Shown here: in pieces, positions 17,669 to 28,153 of the stretch
How the letters are laid out: each line of letters begins with the position of its first letter
How positions within the stretch are numbered: position 1 is the first letter of the stretch
Source of the DNA: Bacteroidales bacterium
GTDB lineage: Bacteria > Bacteroidota > Bacteroidia > Bacteroidales > JAAUTT01
Direction of reading: 5' to 3'
Length of the DNA stretch: 64,000 nucleotides
Assembly: GCA_036261135.1 (NCBI GenBank)
Contig: DATALJ010000252.1
Location: 13,180-77,179 of the forward strand
Notes under the pieces: model-generated
Database searches by the model: none
Seen by the model: only the letters and a program-made list of their open reading frames with translations
Told to the model about the DNA's origin: nothing
Program-made: the position numbers and the translations under genes

Positions 17669-19003
17669 TTAATTGGCAGGAGGGAAAGTAAGGATAAATT
17701 TACTTCCTTCATTTATAATACTTTCAGCGCGTATGCTTCCATTTTGTTTTTCCATAAATTCTTTGCAAAGGATCAATCCCAAGCCTGTTCCTTTTTCGGT
17801 TTTAGTGCCATGCGTAGAGTAATCAATCCTGAAAATTTTTTCCAAATTGTCCGGCATTATTCCGATACCATTGTCTGCTACACTCAACTGAATTTCGTTG
17901 TTTTCGGAGGGCGAGCATACAATATTAATTTTTCCGCCTTCGGGTGTAAATTTAATGGCATTCGACAACAGGTTGCGTAACACCGTTGAAAACATGTCCT
18001 TGTCGGCTATCAGATGAATTTTCTTGTCTATGTCTGTAGTTATAGTAATTCTTTTGCTTTGTGCCTGATTTTGCATTGCTTTTACATTGTCCTTTACAAA
18101 GTCGGGCAGGCTTATTTTTGTAGGATAATAGTTGATCATTCCTTGTTGAGCAAGCGACCATTGGAGTAAGTTTTCCAACAGGTTGTATGCATTCTTTGCA
18201 GCAATATGAATGGCTTCAGTCATCTTAGCCATACGCTTGGCATCGTACTTTGTATAGTTGAGCATTAAAAGATTCGAAAGACCAAGTATTGAATTAAAGG
18301 GGTTTTTCAGGTCGTGCGCAATAATGGAAAAGAATTTGTCCTTGGTGGCATTGCTTTCGCGCAATTTGGCTTCTGATCTTTCTAATGCCTGTAATGCTTT
18401 TTTACGTTCAATTTCTGCTGAAACACGGGCACCGATAATCTTTAATATATCCTGGGTTTGTGTTGGAATGTCAAGCTCATGGCGCGATACGGCACATATC
18501 ACACCATTTGCTATTCCGTTTTTGTTGTATAATGCAGTTCCTACGTAACCTTTAGCCCCCAGGTCAACCAATATCTTGTCTTTCGGGAATAGGTCTATTA
18601 CATTTTCGGGGTATAAACAAAAACCTTTGCGGGTAGTTACGTCGCATGGAGAATTAGCCAGGTCGTACGAAAAGTCGTGAGAAATATTCCCGTCAAGATA
18701 CATAGGCAGGCAATAAATCCGGTTATCGTCGAACATTTGCCCTAAAACAACACATTCCACATTGAGCCATTCGGCCAGCTTGATTACGATGTTGTCGAAA
18801 AAATCCTGACCAATCGTCCCAACGGCGGTTTCTACGAGCGTACGGAGCATTTTTTCGCTTTCTTCGGCTCTGTTTTTGGCAAGAATCGTTTCATTATGCT
18901 GAGAAACATATTCCAACTCCTTTTGCTTCAGCTGTTCTTTGAGCTTCTTTATAGTTTCCTGTAATTCTTCGTAGGAAGGTTCCATGGTAATGATTTTGTG
19001 CAT
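17669..19003 (-). CDS. Sensor histidine kinase (coiled coil plus GAF-like sensor)
   Basis: H-box FSIIAHDLKNPFNSILG, N-box LLSNAIKFT, VADNGIGI and GTGLGL. N-terminal coiled coil followed by a GAF-like region of about 150 aa. Confidence 0.85.
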   Translation of the reverse strand: MHKIITMEPSYEELQETIKKLKEQLKQKELEYVSQHNETILAKNRAEESEKMLRTLVETAVGTIGQDFFDNIVIKLAEWLNVECVVLGQMFDDNRIYCLPMYLDGNISHDFSYDLANSPCDVTTRKGFCLYPENVIDLFPKDKILVDLGAKGYVGTALYNKNGIANGVICAVSRHELDIPTQTQDILKIIGARVSAEIERKKALQALERSEAKLRESNATKDKFFSIIAHDLKNPFNSILGLSNLLMLNYTKYDAKRMAKMTEAIHIAAKNAYNLLENLLQWSLAQQGMINYYPTKISLPDFVKDNVKAMQNQAQSKRITITTDIDKKIHLIADKDMFSTVLRNLLSNAIKFTPEGGKINIVCSPSENNEIQLSVADNGIGIMPDNLEKIFRIDYSTHGTKTEKGTGLGLILCKEFMEKQNGSIRAESIINEGSKFILTFPPAN

Positions 19004-19226
19004 TAATGCACTGGTATTTAATATTTTGTAGTATTGGGACGGTTCTTTTTGTAAGATTAAATGAATAAAAAAAAAACTACAAATCCAAACTGTTGGATTC
19101 TATTGGCGTGCGAAATGTTAGGGCCATAATTATTCTATTTATTCCCTGATTGTTTCCGAAGCCCATTTCTGATTTTATAATCTTAAAATTAATTGTTAAA
19201 TTTAAAAGAAGAATATCTATTTAGTT

Positions 19227-20810
19227 ATGGCATATTACATTTACGAGGGTTGGGGAGGTTGTTGCTATGGTTTTGTTTCAGCAAATTCTTTGCTTATGTC
19301 TCCTCTATCGAAAACATGGTGGTTCTGGGCATTTCTTTTCCTGGGGATTATTGCTTTGGCTGTTTCTCTGTATTACTGGAAGACTAAAATTTTACGCGAA
19401 CAGAACGCCAAGCTTGAGAAGCGCGTATCCGAAAGAACACGGAAGCTATCGGAGCTAAATGAACAATTGATTTCGAAGAACGAAAGAATTATTGCTCAGA
19501 ATAACGAAATACAACTGAAGAATGAAGAGATAAATACCCAAAAAGAAGATATTGAGGAGCAGAAGAGCAAAGTAGAAAAAGCGTACCAGGAATTATCCGT
19601 TTATAAAAGTAAGCTGGAGGAGCTTGTTGAAGAACGTACCCGGGAGCTGATGATTGCAAAAGATAAAGCCGAAGAGTCCGACCGACTGAAGACTTCCTTT
19701 CTGTCCAACCTTTCGCACGAAGTTCGTACGCCGCTTAACTCAATAGTTGGGTTTTCAAATATTGTTTTCGATGAGGAATTACCAGTTGAAGAAAAGCGCA
19801 GCTATAAGAAACTGGTGGAAGAAAGCTGTTTTTCGCTTCTTTCGGTAATAAACGATATCATTGACTATTCGAAAATTGAAGCGGGTGATATAAAACTCGA
19901 TATACACGAATTCACCCTTCAGCAGGTGATCGAGAGCTTAATAGGTATTTTCCATTACGAACATACAAAACAAAATTTGTATAGGGCAAAGAATCTCGAT
20001 TTCCGGCTGAATGTATCGAAAGAAATTCAGCAAATGGTTATTCTTACTGATGAGCAGCGGTTAAAACAAATATTTACCAATTTAATTTCGAACGCTGTAA
20101 AGTTTACCATGGAAGGTTACGTGGAATTTGGATGCAGGCTGCTGGATAATAATGCAACCATCGAATTTTCCATCAAAGATACGGGTATTGGTATCCGTAA
20201 GCACGATCATGAGATTATTTTCCAGCGTTTCCGGAAGATCGAGAACGACTCATTCGATATTTTCAGAGGTACTGGCATAGGCTTGGCTATTGTTCAGCAA
20301 CTGGTTCGAATTTTGGGCGGGAAAATAGCGCTCGACTCCGAAATTGGCAAAGGAAGTACGTTTTACCTTGTTTTTCCTTCGAAGGTATTGATATCACAAG
20401 GAAGTCTTCTCTCGCTGCATTCGGTAAAGTCCGATTTAGTATCGGGATTGGAAAACAAAACCATTCTTGTGGCCGAAGACGACATGAGCAATTACATTTA
20501 CCTCGAAAAGGTTTTGCGCAAGTCGAATGCTACTATACTGCACGCCTTTAATGGCAAAGAAGCATTGGAAATACTGGACGTTCATCCGGAGATAGATCTC
20601 ATACTAATGGATATTAAAATGCCAGTAATGAATGGGCTGGAAGCTTTGTCGCAAATAAAACAGCGGAATATTTCCATACCAGTAATTGCTCAAACCGCCT
20701 ATGCTTTTGCTGACGAAATAGTTAAGATCCGGGAAGCCGGGTTTGCCGATTATATTTCGAAACCCATTCTGCCGAAGGATTTGTATGCATTGATTTTGAA
20801 ATATGTGTAG
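19227..20810 (+). CDS. Hybrid sensor histidine kinase/response regulator
   Basis: Single TM (WWFWAFLFLGIIALAVSLYYW) and a long coiled coil. H-box FLSNLSHEVRTPLNSIVGF, LISNAVKFT, DTGIGI and GTGIGLAI. Receiver domain ILVAEDD...LILMDIKMPVMNG. The start could instead be the ATG at 19296. Confidence 0.9.
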   Translation: MAYYIYEGWGGCCYGFVSANSLLMSPLSKTWWFWAFLFLGIIALAVSLYYWKTKILREQNAKLEKRVSERTRKLSELNEQLISKNERIIAQNNEIQLKNEEINTQKEDIEEQKSKVEKAYQELSVYKSKLEELVEERTRELMIAKDKAEESDRLKTSFLSNLSHEVRTPLNSIVGFSNIVFDEELPVEEKRSYKKLVEESCFSLLSVINDIIDYSKIEAGDIKLDIHEFTLQQVIESLIGIFHYEHTKQNLYRAKNLDFRLNVSKEIQQMVILTDEQRLKQIFTNLISNAVKFTMEGYVEFGCRLLDNNATIEFSIKDTGIGIRKHDHEIIFQRFRKIENDSFDIFRGTGIGLAIVQQLVRILGGKIALDSEIGKGSTFYLVFPSKVLISQGSLLSLHSVKSDLVSGLENKTILVAEDDMSNYIYLEKVLRKSNATILHAFNGKEALEILDVHPEIDLILMDIKMPVMNGLEALSQIKQRNISIPVIAQTAYAFADEIVKIREAGFADYISKPILPKDLYALILKYV

Positions 20811-20908
20811 CAATGGATTCATCCATTGTGGCCTAGACGAAATATCACTTGTTGTATGTCATAAATATCAGATATTGGGAGTGTAATAAGCTCCCGTTTA
20901 CACACGAA

Positions 20909-21793
20909 TCAATAACCCAACACATCCATCAACTTCTCATTCAATCGCCTGTTTTTGCCTTTGTATGGATGGCAATGGATGTGAATCGCCGGGTTGAAAT
21001 TCATTTCGATAATGGCATAATTTTCCGGGGTGGCCTCCTTTGTATGGTCTTTGATAATCATATCCAGACCTGTAATTTTTACATTGAGCGCTGAGGCGGC
21101 TTTTACGGCAATTTGTTTGTACGACTCAGGAATATCATCGGTAAAATCGATGCTATCGCCACCGGTACTAATATTGGAGTTCTCTCTGAGAAATACTACT
21201 TCTCCTGGCCTTGGAATATAATCGAAATCCTTTTGCTGTGCCTTCAGAAACATGGATTCTGCTTCGCCCAGCTGTATTTTTTCAAGGGGTGTACGATAGC
21301 CCTTGCCTCTTAGCGGATCCTGGTTTTTACTATTTACCAGCTCCCTTATTTTTAGCGTACCGTCACCGGTTACATTGGCCGGAATCCTATGTAATATGCC
21401 TACTACTTCATCGCCAATTACGAATATCCTGAATTCCCTGCCCTCAATGAATTCTTCAATGAGAATGGTGGTGTCGTTCTCAAATGCAATATCAACGGCT
21501 CTTTGGAACACCGATTCATCTTCATTTTCCTTAAGGATGGTAATGCCAATACCAAAATTGGTTTGGTTCGGCTTTACCACAACTGGTTTTCCCTTGAAAA
21601 CTGCGAAGTCGGCTTTTGCAATTTCTGCATTGGTGTATTCGTAACCTGCAGGAACTTTGATATTGGCTTCATCCAGTATCTTTTTGGTAACGAGTTTGTT
21701 CTCCATAGCCAGAATACTCGCATAATTGTCCAACGACGTCTTTGTGGCCTGTTTCACATATTGAACATTACCGTTTTTTTTGTAACCGGACAA
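20909..21793 (-). CDS. gshAB: C-terminal ATP-grasp half of bifunctional glutamate-cysteine ligase/glutathione synthetase (GshAB/GshF), separated from the N-terminal half by a frameshift
   Basis: ATP-grasp pattern (KPVVVKPNQTNFGIGI..., EEFIEGREFRIFVIGDEVVG, AIIEMNFNPAIHIHCHP). The TTG start in the ORF track is an artefact of the frame break at the A8 tract. Confidence 0.8.
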   Translation of the reverse strand: MSGYKKNGNVQYVKQATKTSLDNYASILAMENKLVTKKILDEANIKVPAGYEYTNAEIAKADFAVFKGKPVVVKPNQTNFGIGITILKENEDESVFQRAVDIAFENDTTILIEEFIEGREFRIFVIGDEVVGILHRIPANVTGDGTLKIRELVNSKNQDPLRGKGYRTPLEKIQLGEAESMFLKAQQKDFDYIPRPGEVVFLRENSNISTGGDSIDFTDDIPESYKQIAVKAASALNVKITGLDMIIKDHTKEATPENYAIIEMNFNPAIHIHCHPYKGKNRRLNEKLMDVLGY

Positions 21794-23195
21794 AATTCTC
21801 CTTTCTATCCATTATTTCGAACGAAACACCTCGTTTTACGGCTTCACGCAGTAATAACTGTGTTGAAAGCTCCATGTCTTCTAATCCCATGAATTTGTAA
21901 CTTTTATCCTTACTATCTTTCAGGTACTCGCGGGCTTTGTCCATGTGGAATGGCACATAACCACTTTTCATAATTCCTCCAAGCGTCTCGTATACCGGAC
22001 GCTGCTTGGGATTTTTGATGAGGAGAGAAGCTTTTTGGAGGGCATTCAGATAGGTTGTACTTTCGATTCCCAAGTTATTTAATAGTTGCATCATGGCGTT
22101 TATGTGATCTTCTGCCTTTGCCCATAAGCAAGCGTATTCACCGGTAAAAGGAACAGGATTTAACCCGAATAGCGACACATATCCGTGGTATCTGTTTGCT
22201 TCTTCCTGTGCCTGTGCATCAAAGGAGTCGAGCTCGTCAGTAAGCAGGCCATATAGCGCTAGTGCATGCAAGAAACCTAATGCTTCTTCAGTTATTCCAG
22301 CTTTTGCAAGCGGGTCTATATCGATAAAGCGGACTTCTAAATATGAAATATGTGCAGGATCTTTGATAAACTTAAGCCTTACGGACGAATACAGTTCTTT
22401 TGGTGAAGCAAGTTTACCTTCTTTGAGCATTTCGTCGATACTTCTTTTGAAATTCTGAACCGAGCTGTAGTTGGGATATAGCTCGCCAATGTTCTGGTAC
22501 CCATAGCAACTGTTACGTATTGAAAGACCAATCACATTGCTGTCCTCTATAAATGGCGACTTTTTGCATCGGAGCTCCATAGATGAATCTACCACAGGAC
22601 TATTCCCATAAAGCAAAACATACAACCACCGTAAACGCATAAGTTGACGGGCAACCTTCAGGTAAACATTGTCTTTAAAGGTCTCGAAGCTTTCCGATGA
22701 ATTGCTTAGTTGATACAACCGATGAAGCAGCTTTTCTCCAAACGATATATTAAAGTGGATTCCGGAAAATAACTGGTTTTTAGGCCCATATTTTTGTGCA
22801 AGCAGCTCGCGGTATTGCTGAGCCTCTTTACCTTCCTCGTCGTACTGGGCAATGGGTATTTGCGATGCATCGGGCAACACAGGAGGAATACTTTGTGGCC
22901 ACAGATATTCGTTTTCCAGCTCAAGACTAATGATATCGTGCAACGTTTCGAGAAACCCCAGTGTTTGCTTAATATCTGGCAGGGGAGGAGTGATCATTTC
23001 AACCTGACTCTCGGAAAAATCGGTGGTAATGTTTGGATGCAGTCTTTTATTGCCAAATACGGCTGGATGTGGAGTTTGTGCAAGATTTCCTTCTCCATCT
23101 ACGCGGATATTCTCTTTTTCAATGCCAAATAATCCTTCCAGCCAAGCGTTTCCTTTAATTTGACTGATTGCTGAAGCAAACATGTTACTCCCCAT
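21768..23195 (-). CDS. gshAB: N-terminal glutamate-cysteine ligase half of GshAB/GshF (ends prematurely after an A8 tract)
   Basis: GIEKENIRVDGEGNLAQTPHP...HPNITTDFSESQVEMITPP is the GshA-type signature. The start is taken at the ATG at 23195 (MGSNMFAS), which avoids overlap with the MATE gene; the ATG at 23297 is the alternative. The ORF ends ...ENFVRLQKKR-stop. Confidence 0.8.
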   Translation of the reverse strand: MGSNMFASAISQIKGNAWLEGLFGIEKENIRVDGEGNLAQTPHPAVFGNKRLHPNITTDFSESQVEMITPPLPDIKQTLGFLETLHDIISLELENEYLWPQSIPPVLPDASQIPIAQYDEEGKEAQQYRELLAQKYGPKNQLFSGIHFNISFGEKLLHRLYQLSNSSESFETFKDNVYLKVARQLMRLRWLYVLLYGNSPVVDSSMELRCKKSPFIEDSNVIGLSIRNSCYGYQNIGELYPNYSSVQNFKRSIDEMLKEGKLASPKELYSSVRLKFIKDPAHISYLEVRFIDIDPLAKAGITEEALGFLHALALYGLLTDELDSFDAQAQEEANRYHGYVSLFGLNPVPFTGEYACLWAKAEDHINAMMQLLNNLGIESTTYLNALQKASLLIKNPKQRPVYETLGGIMKSGYVPFHMDKAREYLKDSKDKSYKFMGLEDMELSTQLLLREAVKRGVSFEIMDRKENFVRLQKKR

Positions 23196-23256
23196 GGGTT
23201 TTGTGGTTTTTATTTGCTGAATATTACTACTAGAGATTTGCTCAAGTGTTTTTTCG

Positions 23257-24651
23257 CTATGCTTTTGCTTTTTCAGTATAGAACAAGCCTGATTCATATT
23301 GTAAATTCGTTGATTTTCGTATAAAAATTTTAAAGAGAATGATGTATAATAAAACCAGAATAGTGCCTTTGGCAATGCTGCTTATGCTGATACTCCACCA
23401 AACGGACGATAGCGAATCGCGCCACAGGTGAATAAAAGCAACAGCCATTGGAATCCGTAATACCGTGAGTGATATCCCTGTTATAGCAGGAATGTTTGTA
23501 CGTCCCCAGCCAAAGAATGCGCCTGTAGTCATCAGTTCAAGGCACATAAACAATTGGGAGAACCCAAGAATTGTAAGGTATTCGCTACCCATTGCTATGC
23601 TTTCTCTTTCGGTAAGGAATATGGAGAAAAATGTACGTGGAAAAGCGACGAATAATGCTGATGTAACCATGCCTACTGTAAATGCAATAAGCATTCCTGA
23701 ACGAAAAGTATTCCATTGCTTGTTGTAATCTTTCGCGCCGTATGCTTTTCCGGAGATTGACGATAGCGCAGACATAAATCCTCCTATGGTCATGTAAGAA
23801 ATGGCTTCGATCTGCACCCCTACCTTTTGAACAGCAATAGCCGTTGGCCCCCAGTTGCTGATGATGCGTGCCATGAATATGGCCACAATGGTAAATGAAA
23901 TGCGTTGCATGGTAGGACTAATACCCAGTTTGATAATATTATTGAGCAGAACCTTCTGGTAAGCGACACCCGTAGGTTGAATGCTTTCGGTTCTGCGTAG
24001 TTTCAGGTAAAACATGACTGTAGCAGTAGCCTGCGATATGATGGTTGCAATAGCTGCGCCCTGAATGCCCATGCCTGCTCCGAATATTAGCAATGGGTCG
24101 AGGATAATGTTTAGTGCGAAAGCTACAGCATTGATACGAAAGGGCGATTTACTATCGCCATATCCTATAAAAACACTGGTAAAAAACAGGTTCTGAAAGT
24201 TAAAAGGTATGCCTAATCCTACCCACCGTAAATAATTGACTGCATTATGCTCAATGGAGCTGTTGTTCAGCTTAATGAATCCTATGAGATATTGGGCAGA
24301 GGACGCAATTATCGCATAATAAATCAGTGCAACAACTATAACCGCAACAATTCCGCTACGCACGTAGCTCTTGGCCATAAGTAAATTCTTCTCGCCTATG
24401 GAATGAGATACCTTGATGCCTGCACCAACTGTGAGTAACGCGGATATTCCCCAGCTCAGGCTCATGTAAAAACTGGCCGATCCTACGGCTGCAACGGCTT
24501 CGCTTCCAAGTCTGCCCACAAATATCATGTTAATGAAATTGTAGGCCATGGTCATAAATGATACGGCAATAACCGGAACCGCAAGGCGGAACAGTTCTCT
24601 GAGCGTTGAGTCTGTTGTAGTAGACTGTTTATCTTTGTTAAAAAAGGTCAT
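23257..24651 (-). CDS. MATE-family efflux transporter
   Basis: About 12 TM helices. N-terminal LRELFRLAVPVIAVSFMTMAYNFINMIFVGRLGSEAVAAVG is typical of MATE (NorM-like) proteins. Confidence 0.9.
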   Translation of the reverse strand: MTFFNKDKQSTTTDSTLRELFRLAVPVIAVSFMTMAYNFINMIFVGRLGSEAVAAVGSASFYMSLSWGISALLTVGAGIKVSHSIGEKNLLMAKSYVRSGIVAVIVVALIYYAIIASSAQYLIGFIKLNNSSIEHNAVNYLRWVGLGIPFNFQNLFFTSVFIGYGDSKSPFRINAVAFALNIILDPLLIFGAGMGIQGAAIATIISQATATVMFYLKLRRTESIQPTGVAYQKVLLNNIIKLGISPTMQRISFTIVAIFMARIISNWGPTAIAVQKVGVQIEAISYMTIGGFMSALSSISGKAYGAKDYNKQWNTFRSGMLIAFTVGMVTSALFVAFPRTFFSIFLTERESIAMGSEYLTILGFSQLFMCLELMTTGAFFGWGRTNIPAITGISLTVLRIPMAVAFIHLWRDSLSSVWWSISISSIAKGTILVLLYIILFKIFIRKSTNLQYESGLFYTEKAKA

Positions 24652-24693
24652 TAAGCTAAAAGGTTTGTGTTTCCCATTGTTGGGGGCGATACA

Positions 24694-25128
24694 TTATGAA
24701 ACCTGTTTTACCATGTATGTTGACGATAAAGGGCACAGGCTCCTAAATTCCGTTGTGTTTAAGATTACATCGGGCGCGCTGTCCCTGCTTTGTACCGTGA
24801 AATTCTTTTTTATAAAATACTCCCGTGCAGTGTTGGTAAGAAGGTGAATCGATTCGATTCCATGTTCAGTAGAATACTGGAGCATTTTGTTATATAACAT
24901 GGCTCCAAGTCCCTGTTTTTGCAAGGATGATTCTACTGCAAAAGATCGTAATAGCCCATGGCTATTGTATTTTTCGATGCCTATACAACCAACAACGCGC
25001 TCTTTCTGGTTTGCTACAATAAACTTTACGTGACTCTTAGCTATATCGGCATACGGAAGTCCGCTATTTTGCAGTAATTGTGAAATCTCGTTTAAGTCGA
25101 AGCTGTTTGCGAATGTGTATGTAATCAT
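24694..25128 (-). CDS. GNAT-family N-acetyltransferase (ArsN2-like)
   Basis: Acetyl-CoA motif LQKQGLGAMLYNKM. C-terminal ...TEFRSLCPLSSTYMVK resembles the ArsN2-type tail. Confidence 0.7.
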   Translation of the reverse strand: MITYTFANSFDLNEISQLLQNSGLPYADIAKSHVKFIVANQKERVVGCIGIEKYNSHGLLRSFAVESSLQKQGLGAMLYNKMLQYSTEHGIESIHLLTNTAREYFIKKNFTVQSRDSAPDVILNTTEFRSLCPLSSTYMVKQVS

Positions 25129-25157
25129 TGATTTGTAGTGTTGAACGTGTGTGAAAA

Positions 25158-25622
25158 TTACTCTTTACCTATTTTACACGACGAACGCATGTTCATCATC
25201 TGAGAGGTTACCAGTCCCAATAAGCGCACCAGTTCATCTTTTTCGGTATCGGAAAGTACCGACAGGATTTCGCTAAAATACTGGTCGTTCCTGCAGTTAA
25301 TTGAATTACAAACCTGTTTTCCAGCATCGGTGAGCTGAAGCGTAGCCATGCGCCTGTTTTCGGAAGGGATGGACCGGTCTACCAACCCACTATTTACCAA
25401 TCCGTCAATCGTCCGGCTTATTGTGCTTTTATCCAGCCCCAGTGCTTTGGAAAGTTCAGTAACCGACTCCTTGTTCCTGCTATCAATTTCGAGCAGTGTG
25501 TGACATTGGGCAAGGGTAACACCACTGCAACACGATTCGTTGTTCTGTACAAAAATTTCCCGCTCTAGCCTCCGAAAAATTTCCCGTATTTTTCTAATGA
25601 TTTGGAATGAAGATTCTTGCAT
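25158..25622 (-). CDS. MarR-family transcriptional regulator
   Basis: Winged HTH: LAQCHTLLEIDSRNKESVTELSKALGLDKSTISRTIDGLVNSGLVDR. The start is taken at the ATG at 25622 (MQESSFQ). Confidence 0.8.
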   Translation of the reverse strand: MQESSFQIIRKIREIFRRLEREIFVQNNESCCSGVTLAQCHTLLEIDSRNKESVTELSKALGLDKSTISRTIDGLVNSGLVDRSIPSENRRMATLQLTDAGKQVCNSINCRNDQYFSEILSVLSDTEKDELVRLLGLVTSQMMNMRSSCKIGKE

Positions 25623-25630
25623 TAGTTTAT

Positions 25631-25661
25631 GTTGTATTTTAAAACAGTTGCAATATACAAC
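25631..25661. promoter_or_regulatory. Inverted repeat GTTGTAT-N17-ATACAAC in the marR/cstA divergent region (candidate MarR operator)
   Basis: 7-bp arms at 25631-25637 and 25655-25661, beginning 9 nt upstream of the marR start codon. Confidence 0.3.
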
Positions 25662-25762
25662 AATTTTGACAAATGCCATGGATTGTTCTTAAAATTATTG
25701 TACCACTCAAAATAAAAAACTGTAATTTAGCTAATCGAAAACCCAATAACCAACTAGTTTTT

Positions 25763-27568
25763 ATGAACGCAATGTACTTAGTGATAGCGGCGTCGGTGAT
25801 TTTTGCGCTGGCCTATCGTTTTTATTTCAGCTTTATCTGTGCAAAAGTACTTTCCCTTGATCCAACCAGAGTTACTCCGGCAAACCGAATGTACGACGGA
25901 CAAAATTATTATCCAACCAATCGATGGGTCTTGTTTGGGCACCACTTTGCCGCTATAGCAGGCGCAGGTCCTTTGGTCGGGCCGGTATTGGCTGTTCAAT
26001 TTGGCTATTTCCCGGGCTTTATGTGGATGCTTGTTGGTGCTGTTATGGCAGGTGCGGTACACGATCTTGTTCTGCTTACAGCCTCTGTACGCCACGATGG
26101 TAAATCTATAGCTGAGATTGCAAAGACCGAAATTGGCAAATTGAGCGGCGTTACAACTTCACTGGCTGTAATAATCATCATCATTGTAGCGCTTGCAGGA
26201 CTTGGACTGGTTGTTGTGAATTCACTTTCTGAGAGTTCGTGGGGTACATTTACCATTGCGGCCACCATTCCCATTGCTTTGATCATGGGCGTATGGATGT
26301 CGAAAGTACGAAAAGGTAAAATGGCCGAAGCCACTGTTTTTGGCGTAATAATGCTTGTACTTGCGGTTGTTTATGGGCGGTATATTCCTGGTTCTCCCTT
26401 CGCATCGTGGTTTAGTTACAAGCATCATTCATTAACCATATTACTTGCGGGTTATGGCTTTTTGGCTTCGGTGCTGCCAGTGTGGCTTTTGCTTTCGCCG
26501 CGCGACTATCTTAGTTCTATAATGAAAATTGGGGTTGTAGCAATGCTTGCCATTGGAATTATTGTTGTTGCTCCTAACCTGAAGATGCCAGCATTTACTC
26601 CTTTTGTACATGGCGGCGGTCCTATTATTCCGGGTACGCTTTTCCCATATTTATTTATAACTATTGCTTGCGGGGCTATTTCGGGCTTTCATGCGCTGGT
26701 TAGCTCGGGAACGACTCCTAAAATGCTAATGAGCGAGAAACATATTAAATCAATTGCTGTGGGGGCAATGCTTATCGAAGGCTTGGTAAGTATTTTAGCC
26801 TTGGTTGCTGCTGCCAGCTTGTTGCCGTACGATTATTTTAAAATTAATGTATCGCCCGAGAAGTTTCAACACATATTGCCCATGTTGCAGTCGATGGGAT
26901 TAACCGATTCTAATCTTACCGAGTTATCATCCGAAGTAGGAGAGAACGTTGCGGGCCGAACTGGGGGTGCTGTTTCTCTGGCAGTGGGCATGGCCCAGAT
27001 ATTTTCTTCCATTCCGGGCATGAAAGACCTGATGTCGTATTGGTATCACTTTGCGATAATGTTCGAGGCCTTGTTTATTCTTACAACCATTGATGCAGGT
27101 ACTCGTATTGCCCGTTTTGTATTGCAGGAAGCATTGGGTAAGGCTTATAAACCTTTCGGGAGAACCAATTGGATACCGGGGAATATACTAGCCAGTGGAT
27201 TAGTGGTATTTGCATGGGCATATTTTATTTATTCGGGCACTGTGGCAACCATTTGGCCTATGTTTGGTAGTGCAAACCAGTTACTGGCAACCATAGCGTT
27301 GGTTGTCGGAACATCATATATTATTAACAGAGGAAAGAAGAAATATGCCTGGATAACCATTCTCCCAATGCTTTTTGTGGGGATAACTACGTTAACAGCC
27401 GGATGGCAGAATGTTATGAATATTTACCTGCCGCAAATTGCTGAAGAGAAGACTCGAACACAGGGTATCATTAATACCGCACTCACAATAATTATTGTTA
27501 CGTGCGTGTTTATTATTCTTTTCGATGCCATTCCTAAGTGGATTAAGGCTTGGCAAGGGAAAGCCTAA
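25763..27568 (+). CDS. cstA: Carbon starvation protein A (peptide/pyruvate transporter family)
   Basis: YRFYFSF...LDPTRVTPA...[41 protein letters not shown]...GAVHD is the CstA N-terminal signature. Polytopic. The start is taken at the ATG at 25763. Confidence 0.9.
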   Translation: MNAMYLVIAASVIFALAYRFYFSFICAKVLSLDPTRVTPANRMYDGQNYYPTNRWVLFGHHFAAIAGAGPLVGPVLAVQFGYFPGFMWMLVGAVMAGAVHDLVLLTASVRHDGKSIAEIAKTEIGKLSGVTTSLAVIIIIIVALAGLGLVVVNSLSESSWGTFTIAATIPIALIMGVWMSKVRKGKMAEATVFGVIMLVLAVVYGRYIPGSPFASWFSYKHHSLTILLAGYGFLASVLPVWLLLSPRDYLSSIMKIGVVAMLAIGIIVVAPNLKMPAFTPFVHGGGPIIPGTLFPYLFITIACGAISGFHALVSSGTTPKMLMSEKHIKSIAVGAMLIEGLVSILALVAAASLLPYDYFKINVSPEKFQHILPMLQSMGLTDSNLTELSSEVGENVAGRTGGAVSLAVGMAQIFSSIPGMKDLMSYWYHFAIMFEALFILTTIDAGTRIARFVLQEALGKAYKPFGRTNWIPGNILASGLVVFAWAYFIYSGTVATIWPMFGSANQLLATIALVVGTSYIINRGKKKYAWITILPMLFVGITTLTAGWQNVMNIYLPQIAEEKTRTQGIINTALTIIIVTCVFIILFDAIPKWIKAWQGKA

Positions 27569-27613
27569 GTGTCGTCTTTATTTATAAATTATATTTCGTT
27601 GATTACATAGTGT

Positions 27614-28153
27614 TTATACATCTTTTACCTTGAAATCTTTATTTTTAAGGTATTTCTCCATAATTATAGCAATCGATATAATTACTGGCAGAGTTACAAG
27701 CGTTCGAAGCAACGAGAATTTCAGTCCCAGAAAGCCGACTTCGAACATAAGCATAGGAATTTTCAGCGTACTGAAGGCTCCCAGATAAATAAAAATATTG
27801 CGGATGCTGGCACCTTTCTTCCATAGAAGATAAGTAACGGGGAATGCGCCATATAGTGGTCCCGCCTGCAACATGGATAGAAGGATAACATAGATAGAAC
27901 CTTTAATTCCTGAGTTGTGGCCAATATGTTTTTCTACCTTTTCCTTGCTTATCCAAACATCAGCAAGACCAATAAGTATAAACATAAATGGAAGAAATAC
28001 AACCATCTCTTTAAGGAACTGCAGCAAATTGTTTTGGACAATGGCCTTCCCGGAAGGAATATCCCATATGTAGGAGGCTATGACAAAGGCAATAAACAAT
28101 GCAACGAAGACGAGATTGCCAGAATTCTTTTTTAAGTAACTTTTCATTTTCAA
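27614..28153 (-). CDS. Permease subunit (UPF0718/ArsP-like, second half of a split two-gene permease)
   Basis: 179 aa with 4-5 TM helices. Its start overlaps the upstream permease gene by 4 nt. Confidence 0.55.
   Translation of the reverse strand: MKMKSYLKKNSGNLVFVALFIAFVIASYIWDIPSGKAIVQNNLLQFLKEMVVFLPFMFILIGLADVWISKEKVEKHIGHNSGIKGSIYVILLSMLQAGPLYGAFPVTYLLWKKGASIRNIFIYLGAFSTLKIPMLMFEVGFLGLKFSLLRTLVTLPVIISIAIIMEKYLKNKDFKVKDV

Noticed and set aside
21030-21892. Series of + strand ORFs (63-129 aa) opposite the gshAB C-terminal half
   Set aside because: All are antisense to the ATP-grasp coding frame, are short and carry no motifs.
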